A DNA stretch of 32,000 bases from Promethearchaeum syntrophicum. GTDB taxonomy: Archaea; Asgardarchaeota; Lokiarchaeia; Sigyniarchaeales; Promethearchaeaceae. Within the stretch, counting starts at the first letter, position 1. Each line of letters begins with the position of its first letter. Below are positions 25,360-32,000 of the stretch, one piece after another. Below the pieces are notes generated by a model that did not search any database, was not told the DNA's origin, and worked only from the letters and a program-made list of their open reading frames with translations. The stretch lies in the NCBI RefSeq assembly GCF_008000775.2, contig NZ_CP042905.2:2250001-2282000 (forward strand), given 5' to 3'. Made by a program: the position numbers and the translations under genes.

Positions 25360-25851
25360 ATATGTTACGAGGGTAAATCAAGAGTAATTTCATATTTATT
25401 TATAGATATATGGGAGTTATAAGAAAATAGAAAAATAACATTGATAAACATGTAATTTTAGAATTAGTTTTCACCGAGCTTTGCAAACGCTTCAATTAAA
25501 TGCTGTACCAACTCAAGATTTGACAAGTTTTCACATTCCCTATATCAACCATGGTCATATTTGCCTTCAAAACACCTTTTGAAATCTTTCCTGATTGGGT
25601 CTTTAGTAAAATCGTCCTTAATCGAATTAATTCCGCTTTCCCAGGTAAAAATTGATGGTTCTGGCTATATTATTGACTTAAATTACCTCATTTTTCCGTT
25701 TTTATCTTTTTCTCAATTAAATTTAATAACTTTAAATTTTACCGAACATAACCTTATCGTATTAGGAAGGAGACATCCTCTTCCTTTTAAAATAGGTATT
25801 ATTAACCAAATAAAATAGAAAATCTAATATAAAAAAGCATGAAGTGATTTT

Positions 25852-26406
25852 ATGTGGGAATATATTGTTCAATTTAATTTAGGTTTAATTATCCTCTATG
25901 GGATCTATGGGATAATTGTCGGATTGGTTCCCATTTCAGGATGGGAATGGCTTTATCGGAAAACCTTCTATTTAATTCCACAGTTTGGAAAACGATTAGA
26001 AGCAGGATTGACCAAAAAACGCGAGGTAAATAATGCAATTCTCAATCAAAATATATCTAATTCCCGACGAAATAAGATTTTGTTCCAACAAATCTTCCAA
26101 TTCAATTTCCCTGCAACTTTAGCGACCTTCCTTTTGGTGTTTTTAGGGACTCTATACGTGGTTAGTATTTTTCCTGCACCATGGTTGATATCCTTTGTAG
26201 GGAACGCGCCCGAAAATCTCACTTCGTCTTTCCTTTTAATTCTGCTCTTTTTCTTAGCTAAATTTCTCGCTAACATCATCGAGGGTGCTATATGTATGTT
26301 ATTAGGTTTTGGCTGCACGTTCGCTATTAAAAATATTCTGTTCCCAAAAAAAGTTCAAGAAAATTTAGAGAATCCAGTCACGAAGGATAATCCGATAGAG
26401 ATTTGA
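25852..26406 (+). CDS. hypothetical membrane protein
   Basis: 184 aa with 4 hydrophobic helices. Followed by a T9 run at 26430-26438. Confidence 0.55.
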   Translation: MWEYIVQFNLGLIILYGIYGIIVGLVPISGWEWLYRKTFYLIPQFGKRLEAGLTKKREVNNAILNQNISNSRRNKILFQQIFQFNFPATLATFLLVFLGTLYVVSIFPAPWLISFVGNAPENLTSSFLLILLFFLAKFLANIIEGAICMLLGFGCTFAIKNILFPKKVQENLENPVTKDNPIEI

Positions 26407-26429
26407 ATTCTTGAAAAGAATAAACAATG

Positions 26430-26438
26430 TTTTTTTTT
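26430..26438 (+). terminator. oligo-T tract (T9)
   Basis: T9 lies 24 nt after the stop of 25852..26406. Confidence 0.35.
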
Positions 26439-26695
26439 CAATACTCTAACACCATTTTCCTTCTAATTTTTGAATATTTTAGGTTTATCTTGTAAATTTA
26501 TATTATTTTCGCCATTCCACTTGGATTAAATATAGGAAATTCAAGAGATATAATTGCTCATAAAAGAATTTTGAATAATGAAAAAGATACCTTAGAAGGA
26601 TTGAATAAAAAAAAGAGATCGAATTATTCGCGAAAAATTAATATTAATTAGAGTTGAAATGTAAAAATGATGGTAATATGACAAATAATGATAAA

Positions 26696-28258
26696 ATGAA
26701 AAATACTGAATATTTAATTGTAATTGATATTGGAACCACAGAAATTAAAGGTGTTCTTTTTAATCCGAACGAAATTATAGATTCTAAAAGAAGAGATTGT
26801 TCTCTTTCTTTCCCAAAAACGGCGTGTGTAGAACAAGATCCAAAAGAAATAAGAAATATAATTTATACAATTACAAAAGAGCTAGTAGATGATAACAAAG
26901 AAATTGTACAGTTTATTAAAGGGATCACTTTCACAAGCCAGATGCAAAATACTATTGCTTTAGATAAGAATGGAGAACCTTTAATGAATATTTTATCTTG
27001 GATGGATCAGCGTGCTCAAAATTTCGCGAAAGAAGTTATCTGGTCAGGTTCAAATCTTTTTAGAATACATGGTTTCCCCATCTTGAAACTATTGAAATAC
27101 TTAAAGATTACCAATGGGGCTCCCGGATTTAATGGGAAAGATACAGTGGCAAAATTAGGCTATATTAAAAAAAATTTGCCTGACATTTATAAGAACGTGC
27201 ATAAATTTCTCGATATTAAAGATTATGCCATATTTTTAACCACGGGAAAATTTATTACATCCCCCGATATGGCAGGAATTACATGGTTAATGGATGTACG
27301 CCAAGGGGACTTTAAATGGTCTGAAGAAATTCACAACATGTATGGTCTTGATCCTGAAAAAATGCCAGAATTAATGAAATCCACGAGTATTGCAGGAAGT
27401 ATAACACCAGAATTTTCAAAAGCAACAGGTCTTCCTCAGGAGATTGTAGTAATTACTGGAGCTGGAGATCTCTTGACGGCGGCAATCGGTTCAGGAGCAA
27501 TTGAAGATGGAAAAATTATTCTCAATGTTGGCACTTCAGGATTAGTCGGCACTCACCATTCAATATCATCAACGGATACGCAACATTATACTGGGACAAT
27601 AATTTCTGGGATTCCTAAAAAATATTTTATCATTAGCAAACAAGAAACTTTAGGAGGTTCTTTAGAATGGTTTAAAAACCTGATTGGAACTGATTCTTAT
27701 CCAGAAATTGATACCTATGTTCAAAATTCTCCAGCTGGTGCAAACGGTGTCATTTTTACTCCATGGTTATTTGGTGAGAGATCACCGATTAATAATCCGA
27801 GTTTACGAGGTCAATTCTTCAATATAGGGATGAATGTTTCTAAAGGAGATATGTATCGCGCTATATTTGAGGGAGTCGCTTATAATCTGCGCTGGGGGTT
27901 GAAATATGTGGAAAAAATTTCCCGAAAAAAAGTGAAGAAACCTGAAAAGGAAGTTAGGTTTATAGGGGGGGCAGGCAAAAGCGATGTGTGGGCTCAAGTC
28001 ATTGCAGATGTTTTGCAACGAGAAATCCTCCAAATGGCGAATCCCCAGTTAATCAGTGCCATCGGAGCTGCAACAATCGGATGGGTGGGTTTAGGAGTAT
28101 ATCATGATTTTACGGAGGTTAATAAACTTGTAAAAATTAACAAAATATACAAACCCAATTCCGATTTAGCTAAGGGTTATGAAAAAATATTCAAGAATTA
28201 TCAAAAACTCTATGCGCAAAATCGCAAAATCTTTGAAAAATTAAATACCTTACAGTAG
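26696..28258 (+). CDS. FGGY-family carbohydrate kinase (xylulokinase-like subtype; glycerol/pentulose kinase candidates)
   Basis: N-terminal phosphate-1 motif YLIVIDIGTTEIKG, GAGDLLTAAIGSG, LNVGTSG, C-terminal GGAGKSDVWAQVIADVL. The ORF track starts at TTG 26654. ATGs at 26678 and 26696 are in frame, and 26696 gives the usual short N-terminus. Confidence 0.85.
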   Translation: MKNTEYLIVIDIGTTEIKGVLFNPNEIIDSKRRDCSLSFPKTACVEQDPKEIRNIIYTITKELVDDNKEIVQFIKGITFTSQMQNTIALDKNGEPLMNILSWMDQRAQNFAKEVIWSGSNLFRIHGFPILKLLKYLKITNGAPGFNGKDTVAKLGYIKKNLPDIYKNVHKFLDIKDYAIFLTTGKFITSPDMAGITWLMDVRQGDFKWSEEIHNMYGLDPEKMPELMKSTSIAGSITPEFSKATGLPQEIVVITGAGDLLTAAIGSGAIEDGKIILNVGTSGLVGTHHSISSTDTQHYTGTIISGIPKKYFIISKQETLGGSLEWFKNLIGTDSYPEIDTYVQNSPAGANGVIFTPWLFGERSPINNPSLRGQFFNIGMNVSKGDMYRAIFEGVAYNLRWGLKYVEKISRKKVKKPEKEVRFIGGAGKSDVWAQVIADVLQREILQMANPQLISAIGAATIGWVGLGVYHDFTEVNKLVKINKIYKPNSDLAKGYEKIFKNYQKLYAQNRKIFEKLNTLQ

Positions 28259-28278
28259 AGTGAATTGACTTAAAAAGA

Positions 28279-30003
28279 ATGTCGAGAAGAATGACTACAA
28301 TTGTTAATATTGATTGGACGGTTAAGAAGCGGGAGGGCTATATTAGACGCTTGGAAAATGAGGTTTTTGATCTCATAATCATTGGGGGGGGCGTTACTGG
28401 AGCAGGAATTGCACGTGAAGCGGCTCTTCGCGGAATAAAAACCGCATTAATTGACAAAAACGATTTTGCTTTTGGGACCTCCTCACGTTCCTCTAAATTG
28501 GCCCATGGAGGACTCCGATATTTTTTGCATAAAGATTTTGGGCTGATCAGAGAAGCCACAGGGGAGAGAAATTGGCTAAGACATCATTTTTCTCACAATG
28601 TTCGCCCGGTTAAAATAAATCTTCCTGGGTTGAAAAATGGTAAAATTCCCCCCCTGCTCGTCAAATTAGCCATTTCGATTTATGATTTTCTTTCAAATTT
28701 CCGGGCAAAATATAAACAATATAAACAGCATACATTTTTATCTCCGGACGAACTCAAAAAAGAAGAACCCAACTTTCATGCCCCAGCACTTGAAATAATG
28801 GGGCAATTTTATGATACCAATATTGATGATTCCCGTCTCACCTTAGAAACTCTTAAAGAATCCATTCAAATTGGCGATATTGTAGCTGTTAATTATCTCA
28901 AAGCGGAGAATTTTTCTCTCAATACTGACGGAAAAATCCGCGAGGTAAATGTAGTTGATATCGAATCCGGGAGAAAATTTTCTATCCGTAGTACCCAAGT
29001 CGTAAATGCAACGGGAATTTGGACCGATAATTTATTGGAACACAAAGAAAACGGGGTGATTCGCCCTACGAAAGGCGTTCACATTCTACTTCCTGAAAAT
29101 CGTGTCGGAAATCATGCTTCGTTTATTGTTTTTTCCGTTGATGATAACCGGATTTTTTTCGTTCTGAATCGAAATAAGTTCACATTAATCGGGACCACCG
29201 ATACTGATTATCCCATTGGAGCCCAGGGGAAAGTTAATGAGGATTTTGATCTCCCATATTGTACGAAGGAAGATTGCGATTATCTCTTTCGAACGGTGAA
29301 TGTGTATTTTCCTGCCGCAAAAATCACGTATGATGATATTATCAGTACGTATGCAGGTATACGGCCTCTAGTAATGGAACCGGGAAAATCTGAAGATGAA
29401 ATCTCTCGTAAACATATGATTTTCGATTCTCCCAATGGATTAACTTCCATTTGTGGGGGAAAACTCACTACATTTCGAAAAATGGCCGTCGATACATTAT
29501 TTCATATTATTCAGAAAAAAGGCGGCATTATCCAAGATGGAAAGCAACTTCGATTTCATAAAAATCAAATGAAAGCGCATTTTTCACAGAAACCTTATCT
29601 CATTACTTTAGAGCAATCCGATTGGGATCAATATATTCAAGAAATCTCTCCCGATCTTACTTCTAATATTTTAGATATTTTATACCAGCAATATGGAAAA
29701 GGCGCGATGAAAATTGTAAACAATGTACTGGAAAACCCTGCATTAGGGGAGCCCTTTCTTGACCATCATCCCTTTATCCCTGCTGAAATCTATTATATCT
29801 TAGATCATGAATTCGCTCCCCATTTAACTGATGTACTGATTAGAAGAACTGAGATCAGTATGAAGGTTAAACACACCGCCCAGCCAATCATAGCAGAAAA
29901 AGTCGCCAAAATCATGACTGACGTTTATAATTGGGATGAGTCAACAAAAAAACACGAAATCACCCAATATTTGGATCATATTGCAAAAACTATCTGGTTC
30001 TGA
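28279..30003 (+). CDS. glpD: FAD-dependent glycerol-3-phosphate dehydrogenase (GlpD type)
   Basis: 574 aa. FDLIIIGGGVTGAGIAREAALRGIKTALIDKNDFAFGTSSRSSKLAHGGLRY is the GlpD dinucleotide-binding plus TSS.SSKL.HGGLRY signature. Also GIRP and GGKLTTFR blocks. Confidence 0.9.
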   Translation: MSRRMTTIVNIDWTVKKREGYIRRLENEVFDLIIIGGGVTGAGIAREAALRGIKTALIDKNDFAFGTSSRSSKLAHGGLRYFLHKDFGLIREATGERNWLRHHFSHNVRPVKINLPGLKNGKIPPLLVKLAISIYDFLSNFRAKYKQYKQHTFLSPDELKKEEPNFHAPALEIMGQFYDTNIDDSRLTLETLKESIQIGDIVAVNYLKAENFSLNTDGKIREVNVVDIESGRKFSIRSTQVVNATGIWTDNLLEHKENGVIRPTKGVHILLPENRVGNHASFIVFSVDDNRIFFVLNRNKFTLIGTTDTDYPIGAQGKVNEDFDLPYCTKEDCDYLFRTVNVYFPAAKITYDDIISTYAGIRPLVMEPGKSEDEISRKHMIFDSPNGLTSICGGKLTTFRKMAVDTLFHIIQKKGGIIQDGKQLRFHKNQMKAHFSQKPYLITLEQSDWDQYIQEISPDLTSNILDILYQQYGKGAMKIVNNVLENPALGEPFLDHHPFIPAEIYYILDHEFAPHLTDVLIRRTEISMKVKHTAQPIIAEKVAKIMTDVYNWDESTKKHEITQYLDHIAKTIWF

Positions 30004-30134
30004 GATAGATAAAGGTCTGAGATTGTTAAAGATTCATTCTTGGCACAAGATAAACACTTTAATTCTTAGATTGAAAATTATCTGTAATAAGGGTCGAAAA
30101 TCAGTATCACCAGAAATATGAAAGTAGATTTGAA

Positions 30135-30290
30135 ATGACTAATAAAGGAATCAGCCCTTCAATCTTGATCAAGCATTATTATCTTGTACTTTCTAATATT
30201 AATGAAGTTCCTAAAGATCCATTCAGTGATGATAATTTAGTATGGAATAATCCCGAATATCTTTTCTTCGAAATAGAGATGATAACTTAA
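30135..30290 (+). CDS. possible small ORF (51 aa), hypothetical
   Basis: ATG...TAA frame read by hand (MTNKGISPSILIKHYYLVLSNINEVPKDPFSDDNLVWNNPEYLFFEIEMIT). Below the ORF-track cutoff, with no motif and no clear RBS. Confidence 0.2.
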   Translation: MTNKGISPSILIKHYYLVLSNINEVPKDPFSDDNLVWNNPEYLFFEIEMIT

Positions 30291-30351
30291 ATTATTGATG
30301 AAATCACGCAAAAAAGACATTTAAATAAAGAATAATATTGCCATTGTAGAC

Positions 30352-30579
30352 ATGAAAAAAAAACCAAAAAATAAACATCTGGAAAAACAAAAATACGCAT
30401 TATCGCTCTTAAAAAACGGGAAATCAGATAGCGAAATCCAAAAAAAAATCAAATCAAAATTTGGGACAGAATTGTCAAATCAAGATTTGCAGCGCGTGAA
30501 AACTATCCTCTCTCTCCCACAGAAAGAATCCATATTCCAAGATCTTGAACAACTAAAAAAGAAAAAAGCTCACTATTAA
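30352..30579 (+). CDS. small Lys-rich hypothetical protein
   Basis: 75-aa ORF with basic termini (MKKKPKNKH..., ...LKKKKAHY). No recognised motif. Confidence 0.4.
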   Translation: MKKKPKNKHLEKQKYALSLLKNGKSDSEIQKKIKSKFGTELSNQDLQRVKTILSLPQKESIFQDLEQLKKKKAHY

Positions 30580-30753
30580 GGATTGTAGTAAATATTGCAG
30601 AATTATTTTTGAACAAAAAATGTATCTTCGGTTATTTTCACTTTTTAATTAGACCATCCTCACTATCTAAAAAGGGATAAAAAGACCTAAATCAGCTTTA
30701 AAATTTTGTAAAAAAAGAAGAAGTTAAGAGTTCCAATAACCCCTAATGCTATT

Positions 30754-31953
30754 TCAAGAGAGATTTTCGAGTTTTTGATTTTTTACGAAAAGAATCTTTT
30801 TATAGAAGTTCACGGTTAGCAACATTGCAGTAATTCCAATAATTAAGATGATGAAATCTACCGGTTCATCTGAAATTCTAGAAATTCCGAATCCTTTTAA
30901 TGATATATCCACAATTTTTAGAATATCATTAGTGGTGGAGATATAAACTCTATTATTTATAGTTTTCAAATCAAAAATAAGTGATTTTGAATACCATTTT
31001 GAAATTGACGATGGATGAAGGGGATTTTCTATATCGAATATTTCAAAACCATCAGAAAACTTGCAAATTAAGCGATTTTCTCTATTTTCACAGAGTTGAA
31101 TATTTACATTGTTTTCAAAACGAGAATTACTTGTATTTTCTAGAATTGGATTTATCGGATCTGTGATATTTATTATATATAAATTACGAAAACCCGCCGA
31201 ATAACAATAATTATTATTGATTTCTAAATCTCTTACTCCAATTTTCTTAATACTACTCACTTCAACCATATTCTCAGGATTTGTTATATCTAAAATATAG
31301 AAATCAGAATAATTTGAGATACAATATAAATAATTCCCCTTAACAACCATATCTGAAATTATAGAAAAACGCAACGTGTTATTTAGATAATGTGGTTCTT
31401 GATAATTTGAGATATTGTAGCTAAACAAACCATTGGGGCATCCAATGTAAAGAATACGATCTTGAATCTGGAAATCATCAATCCGCTTAAAATCATTGGT
31501 AATTTTACTTAATATCTCGGGGTTTTTTGGATCTGAGATATCATAAATCAGTAAAATGGTTGTCTGGGAAGAATAAAAAAATTCTTCAACGCCCGAGATG
31601 AAAAGATGATCATCAATGATTTTCACTTCCAGAATTTCACTCATATTAATGGGCATCTCTCCAACTAATACCGGTTTTGCCACGTTCTGAATTTCCAGAA
31701 TTTGAATTTTCCCAATTTGTGAGCTTACGTATGCATATTTTCCTGAAATATCAAAGCTAGATCTTTCATCAAAGGGATAAAGTGGGAATTCTGTGCGATT
31801 TAGATGGCTAATTTGAATGGGTTGCCTTAAAAAACTAAACAAAATTAATAGGATGAATAGTATCTTATAGGTTAGTGGTTTTTTTACAATTTTCTTAATA
31901 TTAAAAATTTTTTTGAAATCAAATGTTTTTTCTTTTTTTCCTTCATTTTTCAT
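30754..31953 (-). CDS. LVIVD-repeat beta-propeller surface protein with N-terminal signal/anchor and C-terminal TM anchor
   Basis: 399 aa. About 7 repeats of the type G.Y.Y......L.I.DI(S/T)(D/N)P.NP (LLIYDISDPKNPEILS, FYILDITNPENMVEVS, LYIINITDPINPILEN, FEIFDIENPLHPSSIS). N-terminal helix ILFILLILFSFL. C-terminal helix FIILIIGITAMLLTVNFY. Confidence 0.8.
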   Translation of the reverse strand: MKNEGKKEKTFDFKKIFNIKKIVKKPLTYKILFILLILFSFLRQPIQISHLNRTEFPLYPFDERSSFDISGKYAYVSSQIGKIQILEIQNVAKPVLVGEMPINMSEILEVKIIDDHLFISGVEEFFYSSQTTILLIYDISDPKNPEILSKITNDFKRIDDFQIQDRILYIGCPNGLFSYNISNYQEPHYLNNTLRFSIISDMVVKGNYLYCISNYSDFYILDITNPENMVEVSSIKKIGVRDLEINNNYCYSAGFRNLYIINITDPINPILENTSNSRFENNVNIQLCENRENRLICKFSDGFEIFDIENPLHPSSISKWYSKSLIFDLKTINNRVYISTTNDILKIVDISLKGFGISRISDEPVDFIILIIGITAMLLTVNFYKKILFVKNQKLENLS

Positions 31954-32000
31954 TTTTTATCTTCTCCATACGTTTTTTTGTTAAAGCAAGCAATTCAAAG

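Noticed and set aside
25561-25818. 85-aa TTG-initiated ORF from the track
   Set aside because: It has no RBS, a Leu/Ile/Ser-rich composition typical of AT-rich non-coding sequence, and no motif. The opposite strand looks more protein-like over part of it (see the remnant finding).
29936-30121. 61-aa ORF overlapping the end of glpD
   Set aside because: It starts inside glpD in another frame and runs into the spacer. Nothing supports it.
1-32000. Search for rRNA, tRNA, CRISPR arrays, transposase/integrase genes and terminal inverted repeats
   Set aside because: The AT-rich spacers contain no GC-rich structured islands of tRNA or rRNA type. No regularly spaced direct repeats are present. No ORF shows DDE, tyrosine-recombinase or serine-recombinase motifs. 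This check was by eye only; tRNAscan or Infernal would be decisive.

Overview
This is an AT-rich prokaryotic chromosomal segment. Hand counts of single 60-nt lines give about 18/60 G+C in typical coding sequence and about 11/60 in spacers. About 30 protein genes are present. I found no rRNA, tRNA, CRISPR array, transposase or integrase. The gene content fits an archaeon best: an FeS XPD/Rad3-type helicase, an MglA-like small GTPase, oligo-T tracts rather than hairpins after genes, surface proteins with a signal peptide plus C-terminal TM anchor, an LVIVD propeller, and many small zinc ribbons. An Asgard-like lineage is possible. The taxon call is inference only.

Confident housekeeping and metabolic calls:
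- LigB-type extradiol dioxygenase
- GNAT acetyltransferase
- fused beta-alpha Fe-S L-serine dehydratase
- FGGY sugar kinase followed by GlpD-type glycerol-3-phosphate dehydrogenase

Features worth a second look:
1. An 806-aa protein fuses a RecB/Cas4-like PD-(D/E)XK nuclease module to a complete FeS XPD helicase.
2. A translationally coupled ABC operon encodes one 1006-aa double-FtsX permease flanked by two different ATPases. The second ATPase ends in a zinc ribbon, and the operon is visibly GC-richer than its surroundings.
3. Two about 75%-identical paralogous membrane-protein genes (12.06-12.6 kb and 18.37-18.9 kb) bracket a 5.8-kb cassette. The cassette holds a zinc-ribbon/TM/DUF4097-type beta-helix protein, a SAM methyltransferase, an NTF2-like protein, a wHTH regulator and a radical SAM/SPASM enzyme. 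The first paralogue keeps its RBS and TTG start but has a TAA at codon 4, at the head of an A16 tract.
4. Two ATTCGGAA-N12-TYCCGAAT palindromes lie in the divergent regulator promoter region.
5. An orphan MglA-type GTPase (Thr in G3) has no Roadblock/MglB partner. It lies next to an unknown protein and a 764-bp non-coding gap.

All functional calls rest on motif recognition by eye. No database search was run.
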